This document shows positions 25,309 to 37,097 of a stretch of 64,000 bases of DNA, one piece after another. The stretch is from positions 113,584,001-113,648,000 of the forward strand of contig OX597821.1 in the NCBI GenBank assembly GCA_951406725.2. Reading direction: 5' to 3'. This DNA is from Octopus vulgaris. Taxonomy: Eukaryota. The position numbers and the translations under genes were made by a program. Each line of letters begins with the position of its first letter. The stretch's first letter is position 1. Below the pieces are notes generated by a model. That model searched no databases and had not been told where the DNA came from. It saw only the letters and a program-made list of their open reading frames with translations.

Positions 25309-26822
25309 CAGTGGGGTGGGGGAATAAATATTTGTACATGCCAAAATTCTTTATTTATTTAATTTCTAATGAACATAAATGGAATATACCAATACTATAT
25401 ATTTGCATATACATGCATAAACTAAGAATATGCAAAAGAAACTAATAAATTATAGTAACTAAGGAACTTATATTCAATTATAAATATTTAGGGGTGAAAA
25501 AAGTATTTGTACAGAACATAAATAACTGATAATTCTGATTTAATACTTCGTAGCATAACCATTATTCAGTTCCACTTCAACCAATCTCTTCTTGTAGTTC
25601 TTAATCAATGACTTGCATGTTTCTTTAGAAATTTTTTCCCATTCTTCTTGACAAATTTTCTTCAAATCTGTAATGCATGTTGGGGGTCTTGAATGAATTT
25701 TAATTTTCTAATAACGCCACAAATTTTCAATGGAGTTCAAGTCAGGTGACTGGCTTGGCCATTCTAAAAATTTTATATTGTGATCGACAATCCATTTTTT
25801 GGTAGACTTCGCTGTGTGCTTAGGGTCGTTACCCTGTTGTAAAACCCACCCTTCACAAAGCTGGAGCTTTTCTACAGAGTCCCATAAATTATTGTTCAAA
25901 ATATTTTGGTAGATCTCTGCATTCATTCTACCATCTATCACATGTAAATTGCCAGTACCATTTGCAGAGAAACACCCCCACACCATGATGTTGCCACCTC
26001 CAAACTTTATGGTAGGAATTGTGTTTTTCCTCCAAACATGGTTACGCGAATTTCGACCAAACAATTCAATTTTCGACTCGTCTGTCCATAGAATATTTTC
26101 CCAGAATGTATCAGATTTATCTTTATGTTCATAAACAAATTTTATACGGGCATCTCTATGCCTTTTAGTCAACAGCAGAGTTTTTCTAGGGGAGTGTGAC
26201 TTCAGTTCATTCCTATGAAGTTCATTGCTGATTGTTCGATTCTTTGCTTCATTTATATTAAAGATCTAGAGGAAATCTTGCATGGTGCACCGGATCTGTT
26301 TTCAACAGTTCCCGATTCTTTATATCTTTGAATAAATGTAGATATGGTAGTAAATGGAATACAAAGGGTCTCTGATATTTTCCTGTAACTTTTACCTGCT
26401 TTCCATTGTTCAATAATTAAATTTTTCACTGAATTTGTGAGTTCTTTACTTTTCGCCATTATTACGATACTACTTTATGTTGTCTCAGTGCTGAATGAAG
26501 AAACTATCGTTTTGACACTTAAAAATGACAACTGATCAGATTATTGGAACAAGCGAGAAAGTTCTAGTGAAAAAAAATTATTTTAACAGCATTTTGTGGC
26601 ATAGAAAATCATAAATTTATTCTGTACGAATACTTTTTTCACCCCTAAATATTTATAATTGTATATAAATTCCTTAGTTAATAGAATTTATTAATTTCTT
26701 TTGCATATTCTTAGTTTATGCATGTGTATGCAAATATAGTATTGGTACATCCTATTTATGTTCATTAGAAATTAAATAAATGACGAATTTTGACATGTAC
26801 GAATATTTATTTCCCCCCAATG
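25309..26822 (-). mobile_element. Tc1-like (DD34E) transposon with ~205-bp IR/DR-type TIRs, defective
   Basis: TA|CAGTGGGG...CCCCCAATG|TA; 25309-25516 approximately equals the reverse complement of 26620-26822. Each TIR holds two direct repeats (gggg..aa.a.tatttgtaca). Transposase MAKSKEL...(HTH) from 26459, [30 protein letters not shown] (D>G), [15 protein letters not shown], with frameshifts and a premature stop. Confidence 0.93.
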
Positions 26823-27719
26823 TATATATATATACGTGTGTGTGTGTGTATCATCATATATATATATATATATATATGCAGTAGAACCTTGGTTTTCAAA
26901 TAACTCTTACTTTAACTGCTGTGGATGTTAAACTGATGGAAATGGTGATGATAACAATCATCATTATCATAATTCTTGTGACTTAGATCTGCATTTTTTG
27001 CAAGTTAGAACTACGGCCTGTTGTCAATTCAGCTTTATTCTGAGACTGTAAAAAAAAAAAAAGAAACCAAAATATCCCCACAAGAATTACTAAAAAAAAA
27101 AAGATCCATTCCATTCATGTTTGGTGTTCATTAACTTGTTAGACGAAGTGTAATTATGATGGTGCATTAGAAGCACTGTGCTTGTCTGAGAGAGCAGTTT
27201 TTCTTTCAGTCGAAAGCTAAGTTGGTGACTGCTTTGATATTTCTGAAGAATGTATTCCCAAGTTTGTTTTCACACATGGCCAATATGGCAACGGAAAGAA
27301 AAGAGAAGAAAAAGTAGAGTACCTGAGTCTGAGATATTTATTTTCTTCTCTTTTTCCTACTGACTAACCCTCATATTAAAGCGTTTGGTAAGAGACTTCA
27401 TACTTACCATATTTACTTACCGAATTATTCTTAAAGTAAATTCATGACAAAAAACAAAACACAAAAACCAACCCAAAAACGTGTGCAATGGTGGGGGTGG
27501 AAGCAAGGAGAGGCTGTTGGGGGTGGTGGTGGGCGGCTTGAGATCAAGTGATGAATTTTTTTTTGCTGAGTTGACAAATATCGGTGTTTTCTTAACGAGC
27601 TTTGAACTTGGTGATCACCACTACACCTGAACATATTTCTGTGAAATCTATTTACGTAGGTGGACTCAATTATGGCGGGGTATTTGTGGTGAGCAACATG
27701 TCTAGTTTTATATGGAGAC

Positions 27720-28100
27720 GTGTGTGTGTGTGCGTGCATGTACAATTTGTACACAGACATATCTATAGTCATATGTACATACATTTATGCATATGTGTAT
27801 ACGTATGTACATGTATGCAAATACATATATATATATACACACACATACACACACATATATACATACATATATGTATGTGTGTGTGTATATAAATATATAT
27901 ATATACACACATACATACATGCATGTGTGTATAGATGTGTGTAAATATGAATATATGCATATATATAGATGTATGCAAATATGTGTAAATATGTCTGTAT
28001 ATATATGAGTGTGTGTATATATATATATGTATGTGTATGTATATATATGTGTGTGTGTATGTATAATCATATTGTTATGTGTATGTATGTATCTGTATGT
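27720..28100. repeat. TA/TG/CA-rich microsatellite field
   Basis: Directly visible. Confidence 0.85.
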
Positions 28101-29559
28101 TAGCTTAGACTGCTTTTACTCTAAGGGCTTTAAATCTGCTGATATCAGCTACATTTAGGGACACCAAACACACACACACCAACACACACACACAGTTTTA
28201 ACTACTGAGGCTTCTAATTGTTATTTAGGCCAGTTTGGGGCCCAGAGGTTTTTAGTTTTATGTCACTGCTTCTAATTTCACTGTCAGCAAATATACATGT
28301 ATATATATACACCCATCACACCCTCAATTCTCTGTATCTGTCTGTGTCTGTCTATCTGCCTCTCTCTCTCTCAGTCTGTCTGTCTGTCTCTCTCTCTCTC
28401 TACCTCTGTATGTTTGTCTGTCTGTCTCTCTCTCTCTCCCTCTCCCCTTCATGCTCTGAGCATACTATTTCTTAGAAACTGTATGTATCCATGATATGAA
28501 AACATTTCTAAATCTTAAGTAAATAACTCCATTTGGACATGGCACACACACACCTACACCCACCTCAGCTTAGCTTAAAAATTTCATTTACTCGCATCAT
28601 CTCATCATCTGGTCAAGCTTTCTTGGACATGATTATTGTCTTTTGATTGCTAATTTCTCGTCTCTGGTTGCAAGTCCTACAGACAATCGGCAGAGTCAGC
28701 CAAACTGACAGGCTTCCCAGACCAAGATTCATAACAGGGCAATTTGTCCTGTGAAATGGGAAGAAATCTAAGGACAGACTATTTCTTGTATCTTGTATTT
28801 CATTTCCTCTTACCATCCTGATGTGTTGGTGAAAACTCCCATCCATTGGGTCCCCAGTTTGCAAATGGGGGAATGCACTGTAGCTTCAAATACTCAATAT
28901 GCAGTTCCAGACAAAATCACAGCTTGCCCTTTGGCAAGGCATAGCACCCACAGGTCACCTTACTAGGGTCACATTAAAATCCTGAAGCCCTAAAATGCCA
29001 TTATCATCATTAACTTTATATCATTTAAATTATTAATTTTCAGCTAAAACAAATCATTAATTTGTCCTTTTTATTAGCTTCATTAATGAAGAGTATGGCT
29101 CTCTATATGTTCTGAGTTCAAATCCTGATGAGGTTGGCCCTACCTTTCATCCTTTGAGAGTAAATAAAATAAAGTACCAGTCAAGTTTTGGAGTCAATGT
29201 AACTAACTAAACCACCCCCTCTTATTTAAAGTGCTGGCCTTGTGCCAGAATTTGAAGCAATTAATGAGTAAGTAAAAATGTAAAATTTTTTACACACACA
29301 CACACACACAACTGACTTCTTTCACTTTCTGCCTTCCAAATCCACTCACAAAGCTTCGGTCAGCCTAGGCTGTAGCAGAAGATACTTGCCCAGGGTGTTA
29401 CACAGTAGGGTTGAACCCAGAACCATGTGGTTGGCAGGTAAACTTCTTACCATACTGCCATGCTTGTATAAACATTGGAAGATATAGCTATGGTAGTTAA
29501 GTGCTCAAGTAATGCCTCCTCATTCAACTGTGATAGTTATTACAAATATGTATGTGATT

Positions 29560-30197
29560 TGGCCTGTGCCAGGGGGCGTAACCAGCCCACTTGTGCGTAC
29601 CTTTTCCTTCTTTGGACACTAAACTCTGCTTGCGAAGACCTGTTGAGGCAAGTGAAAGCGAAATAAAAATCAAAGTGAAATTCGATGACGGGCACGAGCA
29701 CCATACGAACGTGATCGTTGACAGAGTGGCTAACTGGCTTCCGTGCCTATGGCACATAAAAGGCACCATTTGAGTGTGATTGTTACCAGCTTCGCCTTAC
29801 TAGCACTTGTGCCCCGTGCTAGTAGGGTGCTAAGAGCACCATCTGCGCATGATCGTTGCCAGAACGGCTAACTGGCTTCCATGCTGGTGGCATGTAGGAG
29901 GCACCATTTGAGCGGGATCATTACCAGCATTGTCTTACTGGCACCTGTGCCGTTGGCATGTGTAAAAAAAAATTCAAGAGAGGTCATTGCCAGTATCGCC
30001 TGACTAGCCCCCTGCCGGTGGCACGTAAAAGCACCCACTGCACTCTCGGAGTGGTTTGGCATTAGGAAGGGCATCCAGCTGTAGAAACTCTGCCAGATCA
30101 AGACTGGAGCCTGGTGCAGCCATCTGGTTCGCCAGCCCAGTCAAACCGTCAAACCCATGCTAGCATGGAAAGCGGACAATAAACAATGATGATGATG
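29560..30197 (+). mobile_element. RTE 3'UTR / RTE-tailed SINE, long variant with ~60-bp subrepeats
   Basis: Same family as 1620-2150 and 59815-60630; ends (GAT)n. Confidence 0.85.
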
Positions 30198-30224
30198 AGA
30201 ATTTTAAAAAGAGTTACTCACAGT

Positions 30225-30735
30225 TTCATACTTTAGAGAGACAATAATTTGGCGGATTTAGATAATGCTTTGTGTTCCAAGCAATCTTTCAGGCTTAAAA
30301 TAATAGACAGAGAACACCACTGGAAAATACAAAAACTATAAGAAGCAGCACATATGCTAGGACACAACAACCTCCTAAGCAGACCGAGTGCAGATATGAG
30401 CAGCATATGGGAACCAGTAATAAGGAAGGATAGGAAAAATATTAAATTTATAAGTCCTAAAATTCACTCCATACTTGCTCACAGGCATATGGTGTAGTGA
30501 TTAAGAGTGCAGTCTACTAACCCCAACATTCCAGGCAGTGACCTGAATAATAATAATGATAATGACATCGAAAAATACCTTAGGAATGAGAACCCAGGTT
30601 CGAAATTTCCCCAAGACACCTGAAGAAGGCTGGAGGATACATCAGCTGAAATGTTGTGTTAACAACAAACGAGGACAAATATCTGTCAAATATAAATAAT
30701 GTACATAATTCCTCATCTCTTAAATAAAGAACTGT
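30225..30735 (+). mobile_element. Penelope-like element 3' end: GIY-YIG C-terminus, tRNA-like segment and hammerhead motif
   Basis: IIDREHHWKIQKL*EAAHMLGHNNLLSRPSADMSSIWEPVIRK resembles the end of a PLE ORF. Followed by ggcatatggtgtagtg (A-box-like), (AAT)n and gacacCTGAAGAaggctg..cagctGAAAtgttgtgtt. Confidence 0.7.
30615..30660 (+). ncRNA. Putative minimal type I hammerhead ribozyme motif
   Basis: Stem I gacac/gtgtt, core CUGAAGA + A, stem II GGCUG/CAGCU, GAAA, no real stem III. Activity not established. Confidence 0.55.
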
Positions 30736-31358
30736 ATTATCAGTATATACTGTTGGACATATTTGACAACCAGGACGCTGGTCTATGAGATCTAGGTTTT
30801 CTTTTCTTTCTTTTCATTCCACTTTTTACATCAACCTTCTTCCCCCGTTGTTTTCTCACAGACCAGCATTCTGGTTTTCAATGTCCAACTGAATCTGACA
30901 GATTGTTCTGAGACACGTGGCATGTTATATAAATCTGCCAGGTTCTTGTATCTCTACATCCTGAAACTATTAGGAGCTTTTCTTTTGAAATTCTGTGAAT
31001 ATAAGATATTTCTCTCTCACCGGATGGAGTACTTTTCTTGTTGATCCTCCTGGTAACAGAAGACTAAACTAAATGTGTGTGTGTGTGTGCCTCCTTGTCT
31101 TGATGTTGTGTGATAGCTGTAAACGAATGTCACCAACATACTAGCTGTGTCAATTGTTTCCACTGATCCATGAATACATGTCTGGTCATGGAGAAATAAT
31201 ACCTTACTTGAAAACAGGTGAATTGTAGAAAATCTGCTGCCTCAGTGAATTCCATCTGACTTATGCGAGCATGGAAAAGCGGACATTAAAATTATGATGA
31301 TGATGATGATATTTTTTCAACTCTTGATTAAATGTTTTTTGTCTTTTTTATGTTTTAG

Positions 31359-31419
31359 TTACCCCAAAGGCAAGTCTATAACATCAGCATGGAGACTTCA
31401 TGAGTTGGATCCAACAAAG
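31359..31419 (+). CDS. MRPL13: MRPL13 internal exon
   Basis: tgttttAG acceptor, GTAAGT donor at 31420. (S)YPKGKSITSAWRLHELDPTK matches uL13m YPGG....AW.LH..DP. 61 nt, phases fit both neighbours. Confidence 0.94.
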
Positions 31420-31454
31420 GTAAGTAACTCTAGTAACTCTTGTCCAAATAAATA

Positions 31455-32595
31455 TAGCAGGGGTGGATGCTCTGAAAGTGTAGCTGCTAGAATAAGAATA
31501 GCTTGGGCAAAGTTCAGAGAGCTCCTACCTCTGCTGGTAACAAAGAGCTTCTTGCTCAGAGTGAAAGGTAGACCGTATGATGCATGCATGTACACAGCCA
31601 TGCTACATGGCAGTGAAACATGGGCCGTGACTACTGAGGATATGCGTAGACTTGAAAGAAATGAAGCTAGTATGCTCTGCTGGATGTATAATGTCAGCGT
31701 GCATATACGACAGAGTGTAAGCTCCCTGCGAGAAAAGTAGGACATAAGAAGCATCAGATGTGGTGTGCAAGAGAGATGACTGCGCCTGTATGTTCATGTG
31801 TTGCATATGGATGAGGACAGCTGCGTGAAGAAGTGTTGCACTGTAACTGAGGCAGGAAACTGTGGAAGAGGTAGACCCAGGAAGACATGGGATGAGGTGG
31901 TGAAGAATGACCTTTGAATGTTGGGCCTCACAGAGGCAATGACAAGCAATCGAGACCTTTGGAGATATGCTGTGCTTGAGAAGACCCAGCAAGCCAAGTG
32001 AGGTCGTAGATGTGGCTGATGTGCCAGTGTTGCATAATCGGTTTATAAGTACCCTTCAATTGTCGGGCAATATGCTGTGTTTGAGAAGACCTGTTGAGTC
32101 AAGTGAAATCATAGTTGTGGCCAATGCCAATCACCTGATTGGCACCCGTGCTGGTGGCAAGTAAAAAGCACTCTTCGAGCATGGTCGAGGCCAGTGCCAC
32201 CTGACTGGCCACTATGCTGGTGGCGCATAAAAAGCATCTTTCAAGCATTGGGCCTTGCAGAGACAAAGTGGCCAATGCCAATGGCATGTGCAAAGTTCCT
32301 TTTGAATGTTGGGCCTCACAGAGGCAATGACCAAGACCTTTGGCATTATATTGTACTTTGGAAGAAGACCCATCAAGCCAAGCAAAATGGCAGATACTGG
32401 TGTCATGCAAATGGCACCCATGCAGGTGGCACATAAAAACTCCTGTAACACTTTCAGAGTGGTTGGCATAGAAACCATGCCAAATCAGACTGGAGTCTGG
32501 TGCAGCCTTCCAGCTTGCCAGCCCTGGTTAAACCGTCCAACCTATGCTAGCATGGGCAATGGACATTACATGATGATAATGATGATGATGATGAT
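31455..32595 (+). mobile_element. 5'-truncated RTE-clade LINE with 3'UTR and (GAT)n tail
   Basis: GGCSESVAARIRIAWAKFRELLPLL...KGR.YDAC...AMLHGSETWAVT.EDMRRLERNEASMLCWM...[15 protein letters not shown], with stops, then the abundant tail. Confidence 0.9.
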
Positions 32596-32834
32596 TTGAA
32601 CTTTGGTTTCAATTAAAAATATTAGAGATTTTCATTTAACGGTTGGGTGTTACCTAAATATGGATCTCATTGAATACATGCAATATAGGTGGCACAATGT
32701 GATAACAATTTGGTCGTAACTAACAATAATAAATGATGAAGCATTATTTAACTCTTGAGGGAAAACAAGAACAAATTTTTTGGTTGATAGGAATGGTTCT
32801 CATTCCTAGAATTATAAACCATATTTTCATATAT

Positions 32835-33262
32835 GGAGTAAAGATTGTTTGCCAACATAACAAGGCGGTCCTGGTTTAGGATGAATGTTGCTGTAATTTA
32901 GCCCCAGGAGACATCATCTCCAGCTGGCTATACGACACGATCTGTGTCCTTATATTTTTGAACAAGAGAATCTAGCAACCCCCCACTCAGCTCAAAACAA
33001 TATCTGTGTATTGCGATTTCCGGGTTAGTTCCCTTCATCAGCACTGAATATTGTTCAGCTAGAGGTGGCTCTGCCAATTTCCCGTTTGAAATATATAGTT
33101 TTCAAAGTGACAACTAGTCACTGATCTATAAATTAAAAAAGTACTATTTTAAAAAATAGTGTCGTATAGCCGGCTGGAGACAGTATCTCCTGGGGCTAAA
33201 TTGCAGCAACATTTGTCCTAAACCAGGACTGCCATGTTATGTTGGCAAACAATCTTTACTCC
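32835..33262. repeat. ~104-bp inverted repeat pair enclosing a hammerhead-like motif
   Basis: 32835-32938 approximately equals the reverse complement of 33159-33262. A related single arm is at ~63155-63257. Confidence 0.8.
33004..33046 (-). ncRNA. Putative minimal hammerhead ribozyme motif
   Basis: Minus strand reads cagug CUGAUGA aGGGaacuaaCCCg GAAA ucgcaa UA cacag: gug/cac stem I and near-palindromic AUcGCAAU in place of stem III. Confidence 0.5.
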
Positions 33263-34545
33263 AAAGTACTGTTGCTGAATATCTCTCATTGTGAGATCTA
33301 CAAATAGTAATTTTCATACTCACATATGTTGCAACTAATCACTTTTGTTTTTTAATTAATCTCTCTTATAAACTCTGTTTCTACCACATATAAATCTTTT
33401 GATACCAGCTCACTCAAGACTGCTCTTGGTTCTATGGTATAAACATCATGTTTCAACCTTTTGGCATTTAAACTGACCATATTGAGCCCATATATTTTAC
33501 CAGATCTATGTTCAAACCAGTCAGATCCAGCCTCTCACACCTATCCTACAATGTCATTCTAAAAATAAACAATTACATCATCAAAAATCTCAAAGCTACA
33601 AGATAATGTCTGATTGATTCAGAGCAATGAAAAATGAACGAGAAGTATTCCACTTGACAGAATAACCAGAATGCCAAAGGGTTTAGAAATTTTAATTTCC
33701 AAACTTCAGCTTAATAAGGACAAATTTAGTTTACAATATTCTTCATTATTTAAAAAATTAATTGAAAAGAATACATCATAAATATGGTAACAAAAGGGTT
33801 AAGATGCTTCCATCAAAGACCCTGCTTTTCTCTTCAGAATCATGTAGCATTTAATGTCTGAGTAGTTTATTCATCGTCAGTGGTGGCCAGTGTTGGTGTT
33901 GGCATTTTCTTGTCTACTTTTCCATTCTGGTTTGAGCTGAAAGAGACTTCTTGAGGCAGCATCCTATAGCCTGATGCCCTCCCTGGTACCAACCCTTATA
34001 TTTTTCAAGTAAGATATTTTAATCTCCATTTTTGCACACTCGACTTTTCTTTGTTTGCGTGGATCACAAACAACACTGCTGCCCAAGTAGTCTCAGTGTG
34101 AAGACAGATGGAGACACACAGACACGTGTATGTCTGGGGAAGAGGGATTAGCAGATTTGTTATTTTTATAATAAAAACCAGTGTTAGTTTTATCAGCATC
34201 GTCGTCATCATCATTATCATGTATCGTAAGCGTTTTGTATCATGTTGATGATGCTACAGTGGAAGTCTTTCTGGTTAAATGTGAGATCTCCCATCGGATG
34301 AAACCATAGTCTCACCTTGTACTGACTTTGTCATAGTGTTTTCTTGGGTGATTTGCCATTGCTTTCCTCAACTGGATGGCCATCAGCACACAAAGAGCTC
34401 ATCTGTCCTTTGACAGGTCATGTTTTAAATCCCGCTGTGTGTCCAGCCTCTCTCCTCACAAGAATAGCAAGCTACTCTAGTGAGGTAGATCGTTCAGTTG
34501 CTGACCACTTGACTTTGAAATAAGTAGTATTTTTTTGATTTCTTC

Positions 34546-34960
34546 AAACATAGCAGGAACAAACAAGGACAGACAAAGGGGCTAAACATAGCGGGAACAA
34601 ACAAGGACAGACAAAGGGGCTAAACATAGCGGGAACAAACAAGGACAGACAAAGGGGCTAAACATAGCGGGAACAAACAAGGACAGACAAAGGGGCTAAA
34701 CATAGCGGGAACAAACAAGGACAGACAAAGGGGCTAAACATAGCGGGAACAAACAAGGACAGACAAAGGGGCTAAACATAGCGGGAACAAACAAGGACAG
34801 ACAAAGGGGCTAAACATAGCGGGAACAAACAAGGACAGACAAAGGGGCTAAACATAGCGGGAACAAACAAGGACAGACAAAGGGGCTAAACATAGCGGGA
34901 ACAAACAAGGACAGACAAAGGGGCTAAACATAGCGGGAACAAACAAGGACAGACAAAGGG
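34546..34960 (+). repeat. 38-bp minisatellite, 11 copies
   Basis: Unit aaacatagcgggaacaaacaaggacagacaaaggggct starting at 34546, 34584 ... 34926; internal copies identical; no spacers. Confidence 0.97.
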
Positions 34961-37056
34961 ATTAAGTCGATTACATCAACCCCAGTGCATTTAATCAATC
35001 CCGAAAGGATGAAAGGCAAAGTCAACCACGGCAGAGTTTGAACTCAGAATGTAATGACAGACGAAATACAGCTAAGCATTTTGCCCGGTGTGCTAACATT
35101 TCTGCCAGCTCACCGCCCTGAACAAATAGTATTGGTTTACAATGGTACCAGAGGCAGGTTTCATCAACCTTTGATAAGATCCCTGACTTGGCAAATTTAT
35201 CATGTTTACAATGTCTTCTTACCAAGTTTTTTTCTTTATTTTGTTGTCCATTAATATGTAAGAACCATTGTACTTTATCCTAGTACCAGAGTACTATCCT
35301 TAGTGAATAGTGGAACTTTAATTTGACATGTTCTGTTCTGATGTAAGACATACTTTTCTGTAACAATTCCATCTTTCTTCTTGGTTCCACAATCCCATCA
35401 TTTTTCCCTTCAAGCAAATAGTTCCTGGTTTTATATCGGAAAGAGATTTAACCGCTATCTTTTTCCAAATTGAAGCAGCCACCTCATAGAAGACATCTCA
35501 TGCTTGCCCTCTCCTACAAAATACACAAGAATAGAAATCACGGATGGAAGAATGGACACAACATGCTCCAACTGCTGTTTGGCACTTAACATGGCAAAGT
35601 ACTACATTGTCCCCCAAAGCCATTGAACTTTGGTATATTCAAGATGCAAGACTTATGGCCTATGTCTACCTTGGTGCTGTTCATTTGTCTGAACAGAGTT
35701 GAATAATGCTGTTCAGTTAGAACACCACCACCATCACCACCACCAGCTGTGATTACATTTTGTTACAGCCTTGATAGTCATCTTGTTAACCATTCCAATA
35801 TTTCTTCTCCTACAGCTGCTGTAATAGGAATGCAACGCCAGCTGGGGAAACGCCAAAAGACAAATAAAAATAAAATAAAAGGTTTTCACCACCTGATATA
35901 ATTAATTAGTTTATTTAAACACAAATGCATATATTTTAATTAATCGTGAAATATCAGCAAATTTGTCATGACTAATCAGTTGTTATAAAGCTAGCAGACA
36001 AGAAAAGAAAACGGTTATTGAATTCTTAATGTTAGAATATTAAGGAATAGAATCTTTTTGGCAGGAATTCATTCTTAATATCATCAGTGTATTGAGAGAG
36101 AGATGGGGAGAAAGGAGGGTTGGGAGCAAGATACAGAGAGTGAGAGAGGTGGAAAGAAAGTGTCAAACAGAAAGAGAGAGAGAGAGAGAGTAGAGTATAG
36201 TAGATAGCTGTAAGAGCCATCTAACATTAATGGTATAAAAGATATTCAGTTATCAATTAAACTGAATTATGGAACCAATCTAACGAACTTTAGTCGAATC
36301 GTTTAATAATTGATGAGGTTCACACAGAACAGTGACAATACAAAGAATAATATCTCTGTTCATTTTTGATAAGTTTTAAACAGATTTCAAGGTGAAAATG
36401 CTGAACTTGCTTTTTGTCACCAGAAAACATCTTCCTTTTAGCAGACATTGTTATGCATCAGCAAATAATTTGTTTACAGATTTCTAGAGACAAGACCCAG
36501 TTGTTAGTTACACTGATCCAAGGTTAGCTTTGGCTGAGAAGACTCACAAAAGGTTGAAACCCTGCAGTGTCTCAATGTCCCCTTATATCAATGAACTGTG
36601 TGTTATAAATACACATCGTCTGAAGAGAAGAGGTGTTCTCCACTGCTGGAAATCACTGCTAAAATGTATTAAAAATGAAGTTTTATTACAGTTTAGATTT
36701 TTGCTCTTCTGTGTTCACCGGCTGAATTATTATCAATTTGGCTGACATCGTCATGCATCACTCTTTTATTCTTTTATTTGTTTCAGTCATTTGACTGTGG
36801 CCATGCTGGAGCACCGCCTTTAGTTGAGCAAATGAGACCTTTAGCCAAGCAAAAGAGTCCGATAGAATAACTACTTGACTTATAAAGAATAAGCCCTGGA
36901 GCATTGCCTTTAGTCAAGCGAATCGAACCCAGGACTTATTCTTTATTAGCCTAGTACTTATTTTAACAGTCTCTTTTGCCAAACCGCTAAGTTACGGAGA
37001 CGTAAGCACACCAGCATCGGTTGTCAAGCAATGGTGGGGGGACTAACACAGATACA

Positions 37057-37097
<41 letters not shown>

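Noticed and set aside
34546-34960. CRISPR-like array of 38-bp repeats
   Set aside because: Units are head-to-tail with no unique spacers, no cas genes, and the context is a eukaryotic intron.
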